Below the pieces are notes generated by a model that saw only the letters and a list, made by a program, of their open reading frames with translations, did no database searches and was not told where the DNA came from. 64,000 bases of DNA from an uncultured virus (IMG/VR IMGVR_UViG_3300042145_000066). Its lineage: Duplodnaviria; Heunggongvirae; Uroviricota; Caudoviricetes. The stretch is taken from IMG/VR virus record IMGVR_UViG_3300042145_000066; one strand, given 5' to 3'. The translations under genes were made by a program, and so were the position numbers. This document shows positions 35,617-44,311 of this stretch, one piece after another. Positions within the stretch are counted from its first letter, which is position 1, and every line of letters starts with the position of its first letter.

Positions 35617-36612
35617 GTGCCCACCTTCGGTGAGCTCGTCGACGACTTCGAGGACGACGTCCTCAACGCCACCCTCTGGTCGGGCAGCTATGGCGACCCC
35701 GACGAGGTCGGCGGCCAGGCTCGCATCCCCTGCACCACCGGATACGCCGGGCTGAAGAGCGCGTCGACCTACACGCTCACCGCCAGCCAGCTCGTCATCC
35801 GCCTCCACGCACCCGAACCCGGCGGGGCCACCTCGTCCGCGGCCAGCGTCCTCGTCCTCTCCAGCGTCGGCGGCACCGACGCCGGCTTCATCGTCGACTC
35901 CGCCCAAACCGCGGTCGGCCTCTACTTGCGCGAGGGCTACGCCGACGGTGGCGCCGTCTTCCTCACCTACAGCTCGACGGATCACGCCTGGCTGCGGTTC
36001 CGGGAAGACGCCGGCACCCTCTACTGGGACACGTCCCCGGATGGCATCGACTGGACGAATCAGCGCACCGCCACCACCCCCGCCTGGGCTGCGGACACCA
36101 CGCTCGCCTTCCTCATCGAGGGCCATCGCGACGCCGGCACCAACGACTTCATCCTGGTCGACAGCGTCAACGCGCCGCCCGGACAGACGGTCAGCGGCAC
36201 GGCAAGCCTCACCGCGGACGGCAGTGCGACCGCCGTCGGCACCCTGCGGGCCGTCGGGGCGGCCGACTTCACCGCTACGGGCACGCTCGCCGCGGCAGGC
36301 ATCCGGCGGCAGCTCGGGGCGACGGTCCTCGACGCGACCTCGGCAGCAACGGTGGTCGGCGCGCTGCGGGCCCGCGGCGCAGCAGACTTCGTCGGCGACA
36401 GCATGCTCACCGCGGCAGCCATCAGGCAGGCGACAGGCACAGCAGCAGCCACGGCCAGCGGCGTCCTCGCGGCGGCCGGCGTCCGCACCGCACGAGGCGC
36501 AGCCACCCTGACCGCGTCCGGGACCATGACCGTCGCTGAGGCTGCCATCGACCTCGGTGTCACCGTCGGAGCCCCATCCCTGGCGTGGGAGGTCGGCGCC
36601 CCATGGCTGTGA
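35617..36612 (+). CDS. Virion appendage protein, lectin-like N-domain plus Ala/Thr repeats, copy 1
   Basis: Paralog of 37304..38419 (DHAWLRFRE..LYWDTSPDG.DWTN.RT). Confidence 0.75.
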   Translation: MPTFGELVDDFEDDVLNATLWSGSYGDPDEVGGQARIPCTTGYAGLKSASTYTLTASQLVIRLHAPEPGGATSSAASVLVLSSVGGTDAGFIVDSAQTAVGLYLREGYADGGAVFLTYSSTDHAWLRFREDAGTLYWDTSPDGIDWTNQRTATTPAWAADTTLAFLIEGHRDAGTNDFILVDSVNAPPGQTVSGTASLTADGSATAVGTLRAVGAADFTATGTLAAAGIRRQLGATVLDATSAATVVGALRARGAADFVGDSMLTAAAIRQATGTAAATASGVLAAAGVRTARGAATLTASGTMTVAEAAIDLGVTVGAPSLAWEVGAPWL

Positions 36613-36896
36613 TCCCCGCGTCCAGCACCGAGTACCTGCACGTTCCTGTCACCGCCACCCCCGCCGGTACCGACCTCGACGGCGTCCCCGTAAAGATCGC
36701 CGTAGTCGCCCACCGCACCAACCCCGCCGACAGCGAATGGCGGACCGCCAGCTGGGACAACGGCGCAGCCCGACTCCTCATCGGCCCCGACACCGACACC
36801 GAACTCGCCGCAGGCGACTACCGGGTGTGGATTCACATCGACCCACCCGGCGCCGAAGCCATCGTCCGTAGATCAGGCATCCTCAGCGTCACGTAA
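36603..36896 (+). CDS. Small beta-sandwich virion protein
   Basis: GGGAGG RBS; ARLLIGP..LAAGDYRVW. Confidence 0.7.
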   Translation: MAVIPASSTEYLHVPVTATPAGTDLDGVPVKIAVVAHRTNPADSEWRTASWDNGAARLLIGPDTDTELAAGDYRVWIHIDPPGAEAIVRRSGILSVT

Positions 36897-36905
36897 GGAG
36901 GCCTG

Positions 36906-37292
36906 ATGGCCGACGCATTGACCAACACCGCGGAGAATCTGACGCTCGACTGGGTCCTCGGAGTCGGGACACCGACACGCCCCACAACGCCCCTCCAAGT
37001 CGCCCTGGTCACGGCGAACGGCACCGACACGACCGCGGGCACGGAGGTGACCGGCGGCTCCTACGCCCGCCAGGACCTCACCGTCGCCGCCGCCGTCAAC
37101 GGCGCCACCAGCAACTCAGCGGACCTCGTCTTCGCCGGGATGCCGGCCGCAACGGTGGTCGGGGTGGAGATCTGGGACGACGCCGGCACCCCCGTCCGGC
37201 TCTGGTACGGGGCACTCACCGCATCCAGGACCGTCGCCGCAGGGGACGAGCTTCGACTGACCGCCGGATCCCTGGCCCTGTCCATCGCATAG
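36906..37292 (+). CDS. Virion structural/fibre-associated protein, copy 2
   Basis: AAGGAGG RBS; GTEVTGGSYARQ..N.ADL.F..MPA.TV..VEI.D. Confidence 0.8.
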   Translation: MADALTNTAENLTLDWVLGVGTPTRPTTPLQVALVTANGTDTTAGTEVTGGSYARQDLTVAAAVNGATSNSADLVFAGMPAATVVGVEIWDDAGTPVRLWYGALTASRTVAAGDELRLTAGSLALSIA

Positions 37293-37303
37293 GGGAGGGC
37301 AGT

Positions 37304-38419
37304 ATGCCGTCCCTGTCGACCCTCCAGGACAATTTCAACGACTCGGTGATCGCTCCGGACTGGGGAAACTCCTACGGCGGCGTCTCCGAGTCCGGTGGAA
37401 AGGCTCACGTACCGTGCGGTACGGGCTATGCGGGGTACCAGACCGCCTACTCGTGGACCCTCGCCGGAGCGTCGTTCTTCGTCGCCGTCACCACCGTCCC
37501 CGCCGCATCCACCGCGACCGAGGCCTACGCGTCGGTGTTCGTCAACCACCCGGACATCGCCACGAACGGCACCCGCATCGGATACGTGATCAACACGGTG
37601 AGTGGGCAACTGCGGTGCAAGAACGACGTCGGCTACTTCGACGCCGGGGCAGTCGACCTCACCTACTCGGCCGTCGACCACAAGTTCCTCCGCATCCGCG
37701 AGGACGGCACCAACGTCTACTGGGACACCTCGCCAGACGGCACCACCTGGACCAACCGGCGCACGCTCGCCACCCCCGCCTGGATCACGACCTCCGTCGA
37801 CACCTGCGCCCTCGACCTGTCCGCGCACCGCGACGCCGGCACCCCCGACGAAGCGCAGTACGACCTCGCCAACACCCTCTCCGACGGCGCCGTCTACACC
37901 GCTACAGCCGCCCTCACCGTCGACAGCGCGCTCACCGCCGCCGCGGTCCTGTCCGCAGCCGCCGCATCAGCGCTCACCGCAGACAGCGCCCTCACCGGCG
38001 ACCTAGCCGTGTCCGCGCACGCAGCCGCCAACCTGGCCGCCGACGCCACCCTCATCGCCGACGCCGCCAGCACCGAAATCCCGGAGGTGGCGGAATTGGC
38101 TGCCGGAGACTGGGACCTGCGCATCGAGCAGGGCAGCACGTTCGTCCAGACGTACACCGTCACCGACGCCGGCTTCAGCTGGGCAGGCTGGTCCGCCCGC
38201 GCACAGATCCGGTCCGCGCCCGCCGACTCCGGTGACCTCATGCTCGACCTCACCCCCTACCTGTCGATCATCGGTGCCGCGATCCGTCTCGCCATCCCCG
38301 CCGCCCAGACGGAGACCCTCACCCGCAACGGCGTGTGGGACCTGGAAATGGTGTCTGGCTCCACCGTCGTCCGCCTCCTCAACGGCCGTGCGGTCGTCTC
38401 CCTGGAGGTCACGCGGTGA
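37304..38419 (+). CDS. Virion appendage protein copy 2 with C-terminal BppU-like adaptor domain
   Basis: Paralog N-domain; C-term DLRIEQGSTF..W.ARAQIR..GVWDLE..RLLNG...EVTR. Confidence 0.75.
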   Translation: MPSLSTLQDNFNDSVIAPDWGNSYGGVSESGGKAHVPCGTGYAGYQTAYSWTLAGASFFVAVTTVPAASTATEAYASVFVNHPDIATNGTRIGYVINTVSGQLRCKNDVGYFDAGAVDLTYSAVDHKFLRIREDGTNVYWDTSPDGTTWTNRRTLATPAWITTSVDTCALDLSAHRDAGTPDEAQYDLANTLSDGAVYTATAALTVDSALTAAAVLSAAAASALTADSALTGDLAVSAHAAANLAADATLIADAASTEIPEVAELAAGDWDLRIEQGSTFVQTYTVTDAGFSWAGWSARAQIRSAPADSGDLMLDLTPYLSIIGAAIRLAIPAAQTETLTRNGVWDLEMVSGSTVVRLLNGRAVVSLEVTR

Positions 38420-41382
38420 AGATCCTGGTTGAGGGCGAGTCCCCGGCGAACAGCGTCAACGTCACAGGCGGCCAGCAGTCGAGGGTCATCGAGGTCAACA
38501 CCGGATCGGTGTTCTCCGTCAACGGCCAGGCCGGGAACGTCCAGCTCACCGGGCTCATCGGCTGGAAGAACGTCACCCTCGCCCCCTACGGCGCGGCCGG
38601 CAACGGGACCATCGACGACACCGCGGCCATTCAGGCTGCGATCGACGCCTGCCAGCCGGGCGGCGTCGTCTACCTGCCCCGCGGCGTCTACAAGACGACC
38701 GCCACCCTCGACCTGAAGAACGGCGTCAGCCTGAAGGGCGACCACGCCAACCTGATGGTTGGGCCGGGCATGGACGCCGCCGACTATCCCTGCTACATCC
38801 AGCCGGCCGCCCCGTTCACCGGCACCTCGGTCATTCAGATCATCGGCGACGCCGACGGCACCCACCCCGACATCTCCGGTGAGCAGCGCATCACCGACCT
38901 GATGCTCGACGGCTCCCAGCTCGGCGGCAGCAGCATCGACGGCCTGTATGCCCGCGGGAACGTGCAGAACGTCGTCCTCGACAACGTCACCGTCCGGCAG
39001 ATGCCGAACAACGGGATCGTGACGGCCAGTCGCGGCGACGGCACCTACCCGTACTCGTGGCGCCTCCACCACGTCATGGTCGACAACTGCCACGCCAACG
39101 GCATCCTCCTCACCGGCTGCACCGACGTCACCCTCGACGACGTGCAGGTCATCGGCTGCTGGGGGCAGGGCCTCGTCCTGGAAAACTGCACCAACGGCCA
39201 GCTCCTGTCCTGCCGCGCCGAATGGAACGGTTCGCACGGCTACCACATCACCGGCGCGTGGGGTGACTGGGCAGGCTCCGGCGGCATGCAGATCACCGGC
39301 TGCCAAACCGACCGCAACGGCCAGCACGGCATGCTGATCGACGCCACCGGCAACACGCCGCTCCTCGTCACCGGGCTGCAGACCCGCCGCGACGGCCGCA
39401 ACGGCGGAGACGGCGGCGGAGGCTTCGCCGGCCTCGCCATCATCAACGCCACCGTGCCCGTCACCATCGACGGCGTCACCTGCTACCCCGGCGTCGACGA
39501 CGGAGGCGGCACCACCAACAGCCCCCAGTACGGGGCGCGCTTCTCCGGGTCGACCACGGTCATGCTGGACAACGCGATCCTCCACGCCGACACCGCCGGC
39601 CTCCTGGACGACGGCACCAACACGCTCGTCTCCTACGGCGCCAACCTCGTCACCGTGGCCGGGGACACCACCGAGACCGTCCGCACCCTGACCAACCCGT
39701 ACCGGGGCATGGTCGCCGCCCGGTACGTCGTCGCCAACAACGCCAGCGCACGAGAGAAGGCGCGCGCCGACTACCTGTGCGACGGGGTTGCGGACCAGGT
39801 GCAGATCCAGGCCGCGATCGACGCCGTCCAGGCGGAGGGCGGCGGCATCGTCCAGCTGTCCCCGGGCGCCTTCAGCATCGCCGCCACGATCGAGGTCAAT
39901 GGCACCCTCGACGAGAACGACCCGCGCACCGTCACCCTCAAGGGCTGCGGCCAGCAGGTCACCGAACTCACCGTCGCCTCCGGCGTCGTCGGCATCACCA
40001 TCTCCGACTGGGCGCAGATCCACCTCGCCGACCTCGGTCTGTTCATCTCCGGCGCCGGGATCGGCATCAAGTCGATCGGCGTCAACGACGTTGGCGACAA
40101 CAACAACGTCAGCTTCTGGCACTCCAGCTTCCGCAACCTGCGGATCAACGGCGGCTTCAACGCCAGCTCCACCACCTGGGGCATGGAACTCGGCATGCCG
40201 TGGCGTTCGGTCTTCGAGAACATCGAGATCGAAGGCTGCCGCAACGGCATCAAGGTCATCAACGACGCGACCATGCAGAACGCAGGCGACTGCGTCTTCA
40301 GCAGGTTCTTCGTCGAGATCGTCGGCACAGGCGGCTACGCCCTCTACATCGACAGCGTCGACGGCAACTGCAACCAGAACACGTGGATCGACTTCGAAGC
40401 CGGAGCCAACTCCACCGGCTGCACCGGCATCTGGCTCGGCGGCACCGCTGGCACCGCGTCGCAGAGGTTCATCGGCAACCTGAACCTTGAGCAGTTCCAG
40501 ACGCTGGTCAACGTCGCCAACGGCAACTCGAACACGTTCGACTGCAACTACGTCACCTGTGACACCGGGGGCTCCGCCAACAAGGGCTTCGTCACCGGGG
40601 CGAACAGCTACAACAACGTCTTCCGGGCGATGTACTTCAACATCGCATCCAGCGACACCGTGAAGGTCATCGAAGACGCGAACACCACGAGCAACGCGCC
40701 GAACATCTTCGAGCGCATCAGGCTGGAGAACAACACCAGCGGCACGGTGACCTACTCGAAGACGACGTCCACCGTCTTCCGTGACATCACGACCTTCAAC
40801 ACCGGCAACACCCTGCCGGCCGGGCTCCTGCAGTACCCGCTGAGCGTCGTCAACAGTCCGGCGTTCCGCCCCGACGACCACGGCCTGATCACCTGGACCG
40901 ACGCGCCGACCGGTCTATCCGGCGCCGGGTTCGGGCTGACCGCGGGGCAGGTCTACCTGTCCAAGTTCAAGATCGTGGACCGGTCAACAGTCGTCAGCAA
41001 CATCAAGTACTACCTGACCGTCGCCCAAGCCGGCGGCACCGCAGGGCAGAACTTCGTCGGCCTCTACAACAGCTCCGGCACTCTGCTCATCGCCTCCGCA
41101 GACCAGACCACGAACTTCTCCACCACCGGAGAAAAGACCGCGGCCATCACGCCGCAGACACTCGCGGTCGGCAGCTACTACGTCGCGTTCCTCGCCAACC
41201 ACACCACCACAGCGCCCAGCGTGGCAGGAGGCGGCGGCAACTCCGGCCTCAACAACGTCGGCCTCACCGCCGGAACCGGACGCTTCCTCAACACCAGCGC
41301 AGGCAACACCGCGCTTCCCGCCTCCATCACGCTGGCCAGCCAGAGCCTCAACACAGCTAGCCGCTGGGCCGGACTCACCTAA
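38416..41382 (+). CDS. Tailspike-like protein with two pectate-lyase-3/beta-helix domains
   Basis: YGAAGNGTIDDTAAIQAAID..VYLPRGVY and CDGVADQVQIQAAID..IVQLSPGAF; Asn/Gly-rich repeats. Confidence 0.85.
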   Translation: MKILVEGESPANSVNVTGGQQSRVIEVNTGSVFSVNGQAGNVQLTGLIGWKNVTLAPYGAAGNGTIDDTAAIQAAIDACQPGGVVYLPRGVYKTTATLDLKNGVSLKGDHANLMVGPGMDAADYPCYIQPAAPFTGTSVIQIIGDADGTHPDISGEQRITDLMLDGSQLGGSSIDGLYARGNVQNVVLDNVTVRQMPNNGIVTASRGDGTYPYSWRLHHVMVDNCHANGILLTGCTDVTLDDVQVIGCWGQGLVLENCTNGQLLSCRAEWNGSHGYHITGAWGDWAGSGGMQITGCQTDRNGQHGMLIDATGNTPLLVTGLQTRRDGRNGGDGGGGFAGLAIINATVPVTIDGVTCYPGVDDGGGTTNSPQYGARFSGSTTVMLDNAILHADTAGLLDDGTNTLVSYGANLVTVAGDTTETVRTLTNPYRGMVAARYVVANNASAREKARADYLCDGVADQVQIQAAIDAVQAEGGGIVQLSPGAFSIAATIEVNGTLDENDPRTVTLKGCGQQVTELTVASGVVGITISDWAQIHLADLGLFISGAGIGIKSIGVNDVGDNNNVSFWHSSFRNLRINGGFNASSTTWGMELGMPWRSVFENIEIEGCRNGIKVINDATMQNAGDCVFSRFFVEIVGTGGYALYIDSVDGNCNQNTWIDFEAGANSTGCTGIWLGGTAGTASQRFIGNLNLEQFQTLVNVANGNSNTFDCNYVTCDTGGSANKGFVTGANSYNNVFRAMYFNIASSDTVKVIEDANTTSNAPNIFERIRLENNTSGTVTYSKTTSTVFRDITTFNTGNTLPAGLLQYPLSVVNSPAFRPDDHGLITWTDAPTGLSGAGFGLTAGQVYLSKFKIVDRSTVVSNIKYYLTVAQAGGTAGQNFVGLYNSSGTLLIASADQTTNFSTTGEKTAAITPQTLAVGSYYVAFLANHTTTAPSVAGGGGNSGLNNVGLTAGTGRFLNTSAGNTALPASITLASQSLNTASRWAGLT

Positions 41383-41431
41383 CCCGCATCCTCGACCGCG
41401 CCTCGGCGCCCACACCGATAGGAGGGCCGCC

Positions 41432-41764
41432 GTGCCCCGCACCAACATCGCCGCCACCCAGGCCAGCCGCGCCGGGACCGTGCTGCCCACCGCAACGGCG
41501 GGCGACGTAGCCAACGGCAACTACACGGCCAACGACGGCCGCGTCGTTCTCATCGTGAAGAACACCAACGCGTCGTCCACGGCCCGCACCCTCACCGTGC
41601 AGACCGTGCGCTCCATCGACGGGCTCACCAACCCGGTCCGCTCCGAGTCCATTCCCGCAGGGGAAACCCAGGTGTTCGGGCCGTTCGATCCCGTCGACTA
41701 CGGCAGCACGCTCGCCTACAACGCCGACAACGCCGAACTCACCTTCAACGTCATCCGCGTCTGA
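41432..41764 (+). CDS. Small virion structural protein
   Basis: AGGAGG RBS; NDGRV.L.VKN..IPAGE...FGPF. Confidence 0.7.
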   Translation: MPRTNIAATQASRAGTVLPTATAGDVANGNYTANDGRVVLIVKNTNASSTARTLTVQTVRSIDGLTNPVRSESIPAGETQVFGPFDPVDYGSTLAYNADNAELTFNVIRV

Positions 41765-41943
41765 TGGCCGACTCGGTCCACGTCTATCCGATCGGTGACC
41801 TTGTCGAGCACGACGTGGAAAACGGCGAGTCCTGCGTCTGCGGGCCCACGTCGAAGCCGGTCAAGCGCGAAGACGGATCCGTCGGCTGGGTGGTCACACA
41901 CCATTCGCTCGACGGACGCGAACTGGCCGAGCCCCCGCACTGA
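41764..41943 (+). CDS. Small Cys/His protein
   Basis: HVYPIGDLVEH..CVCGP..HHSLDGRE; coupled. Confidence 0.6.
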   Translation: MADSVHVYPIGDLVEHDVENGESCVCGPTSKPVKREDGSVGWVVTHHSLDGRELAEPPH

Positions 41944-41974
41944 CCCGCACTCAACCCGCAGTGAGGCAACCCGC

Positions 41975-42364
41975 ATGCCCCGTATCCAGATCCTCGAACT
42001 CCCCGAAGGCGCCGGAGACGACCGGCCGCCGTTCGTACTCGTCGTCGACCAAGTGGACGGAGACGCCGCGGAGGCCATTGCCAACGCTGGCCTGACCACA
42101 GCCGAACTGATCGGCGCTCGCGCAGTCCTCGTCTTCGAAGAGACCATCGACATTCCCGCTAACGACGTACCGCTCGACGCCGACGGCAACCCGCTCTTTC
42201 TCAAGATGCACGTCGAGGGCGAGTTCGAGACGTTCCGTGCTCAGGTCCAGGATGAGATCGCCAAAGCGCAGGCCGCAGTCACGCGCGCCGTACAAGACGC
42301 ACGGCGAGTTGCCGTCAGCGAGGATTCAACCGGGCGTCCGGCGCATCCCGAGGGGGCCTCGTGA
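41975..42364 (+). CDS. Hypothetical phage protein
   Basis: GAGG RBS; RIQILELP..PPFVLVVDQ. Confidence 0.7.
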   Translation: MPRIQILELPEGAGDDRPPFVLVVDQVDGDAAEAIANAGLTTAELIGARAVLVFEETIDIPANDVPLDADGNPLFLKMHVEGEFETFRAQVQDEIAKAQAAVTRAVQDARRVAVSEDSTGRPAHPEGAS

Positions 42365-42507
42365 GCACCATCGTCTGCCCGCTCTGTGGCAACGCCGTCC
42401 GTTCCTGGTGGAAGACCACGCTGCACCCTGGGTGCTCGCTCTACTGGGCATGGGAGCGAAATCGTCGGCTAGCGGACGCCATGCCGATCCTGCGGCGCAC
42501 GCCATGA
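42361..42507 (+). CDS. Small hypothetical protein
   Basis: Coupled both ends; CPLCG. Confidence 0.4.
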   Translation: MSTIVCPLCGNAVRSWWKTTLHPGCSLYWAWERNRRLADAMPILRRTP

Positions 42508-42842
42508 GCGGCGGCGCCTACGACTACCTGCACGAAGTCTGCGACCTCGAAGACATCCAGGCCAAGCAGCATCATCTCGCCGCCATGGCCGAACGCCTCG
42601 CCGGTCTCGGCTACGCGGCAGACGCTGCAGCCGAAACCGAAGAACTCCTCGTCCTCTTCCGGCAATGGCAGATCCGCGCAGGCGTCCGAATCACCCGCCT
42701 GGAGAAGATCTGGAAGGCAGTCGAGTGGTGGGACTCGCACGACTGGAACGAAGCCCGCGTACACGAAGCGCTCGCCGAATACCGGGCCGACGCACTGCCA
42801 CCGCGCACAGTTGAAGCTCAGTCCATGAACGAGCCGTCCTGA
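42504..42842 (+). CDS. Hypothetical phage protein
   Basis: MSGGAYDYL start; WKAVEWWDS. Confidence 0.7.
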   Translation: MSGGAYDYLHEVCDLEDIQAKQHHLAAMAERLAGLGYAADAAAETEELLVLFRQWQIRAGVRITRLEKIWKAVEWWDSHDWNEARVHEALAEYRADALPPRTVEAQSMNEPS

Positions 42843-43003
42843 CGCCGCTCGTGACGCGACCGCATGAGCCTGCACTGCGGACAGTTTCGCAGGAACACCG
42901 GCTTCACTAGCCAAGCAAGCGTGAACAGATACAGCGTGTGACGCCCCATCCGGGCAATCCACGCCATCGTGCACGTTCGGCAATCACGGCACCCACTGGC
43001 CAT
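42818..43003 (-). CDS. Small Cys-rich membrane peptide
   Basis: GCRDCRTC-TM-CPQC..H..RR.DGSF. Confidence 0.5.
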   Translation of the reverse strand: MASGCRDCRTCTMAWIARMGRHTLYLFTLAWLVKPVFLRNCPQCRLMRSRHERRQDGSFMD

Positions 43004-43074
43004 CAGGCACACCACCACCCTCAGGACACCCCCGGTCCCAGGACCGGCACCGTAGCGCACGGCAGGTGACGGAC

Positions 43075-43470
43075 GTGACCAGACGCGCAATGTCTATCTG
43101 CTCCACACCAGGCTGCCCCGAGTACACGGCAGGCGGACGCTGCACCGACTGCCAGGCCAAGGCGGAGCGGCGACGTGGCAGCGCATCCCAGCGCGGCTAC
43201 GGAGCCAAGCACCGCAACACCTTCCGTGCCGCCGTGCTCGCCCGAGACCCGCACTGCGTGTGCACCGAGGTCAGTCACGGACACGGCGAGACCTGCGGGC
43301 GGCCCAGCCAGCATGCCGACCATCACCCGACGAGCCGTCGTGAGCTCGCGTCTGCTGGCCTCGATCCCGACGACCCGCGGCACGGTCGAGGCCTATGCCA
43401 CAACTGCCACTCCAAGGAGACCGCCGCCGCCCCCGGCCAGGCCGGCGGGTGGGCAGCCCGACAGGGGTGA
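43075..43470 (+). CDS. Packaging-associated HNH endonuclease
   Basis: CSTPGCP..GRC..SASQRGYG..ADHHP..GRGLCHNCHSKET; precedes terminase. Confidence 0.85.
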   Translation: MTRRAMSICSTPGCPEYTAGGRCTDCQAKAERRRGSASQRGYGAKHRNTFRAAVLARDPHCVCTEVSHGHGETCGRPSQHADHHPTSRRELASAGLDPDDPRHGRGLCHNCHSKETAAAPGQAGGWAARQG

Positions 43471-43559
43471 CGGCAGCGGCGTGGGCAGCATCGGGTCGCC
43501 ACGGTCGGGCCTGAGGCTGCCAAGGCGGCGCCGAGACGGCTGCGGGCGACGTTCAGGTC

Positions 43560-43846
43560 GTCGACGCAAGTCGATCGAGCACTGATACGTGATCAATCCG
43601 TTCCGCGGCGCAAGATGAGATCGGAATTGATCACGGAAAACGATCACGATCAAGATCCTCGCGCGCGCACGCACACGTGCGCACCCGGGGGCACGCCCGC
43701 GCGGGCGCGCGCCTGCGGGACCGCCGGGGAGGGCCCTAGATGGTGCCCCAAGATCAGAACTTCCCCGTTGATCTTCAGCGGGGTCCGCTGACGCGCAAGG
43801 CGCCGGCGCATCACGTCGCGCAACGCGGCAAGTTGGAGTGATCGAT
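43560..43846. other. Putative cos/packaging region
   Basis: Non-coding gap between HNH and TerS; GATC cluster, GC palindromes. Confidence 0.55.
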
Positions 43847-44311
43847 ATGCCGAAGGGTGGAGCACGCGCACGATCCGGTCCCGCACCCGACCCGAACGCG
43901 CTGCGGCGTGACCGGGACGCCGGCGAGTGGACAGTCCTGCCTGCTGAAGGCCGCCAGGGCGCAACGCCCGACTGGCCGTTGAGCGAGCAGAGCATCCGCG
44001 AAGCCGAGCTGTGGGAAGCCTTGTGGCTGAAGCCGCAGGCCATCATGTGGGAGCGGTTCGGGCAGGAGCTTGAGGTGGCGCTGTATGTGCGGCGCTTTTC
44101 CGAGGCCGAGCTGATGGACTCGCGGGTGAACCTGTCGACGCTGGTCCGGCAGATGGCTGATTCGCTTGGTCTGACGACGCCCGGTATGCGGGCGAACCGG
44201 TGGCGGGTCACGCCCGAGGAGCAGGAGCCGCGTCCAGTGTCGCGACGCGGGCCGGCGAGGCCTCCGTCTGCGCGGTCGCGGCTGAAGGTCGTTCCCGGTG
44301 ACGGAGACTGA
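43847..44311 (+). CDS. Terminase small subunit
   Basis: GGARARSGPAPDP..LW.KPQA.MW..LGLT.PG...NRW; upstream of TerL. Confidence 0.8.
   Translation: MPKGGARARSGPAPDPNALRRDRDAGEWTVLPAEGRQGATPDWPLSEQSIREAELWEALWLKPQAIMWERFGQELEVALYVRRFSEAELMDSRVNLSTLVRQMADSLGLTTPGMRANRWRVTPEEQEPRPVSRRGPARPPSARSRLKVVPGDGD

Noticed and set aside
38257..40881. 874-aa reverse-strand ORF and similar long antisense ORFs (e.g. 383-1663, 56122-57693)
   Set aside because: Shadows of well-supported + strand genes
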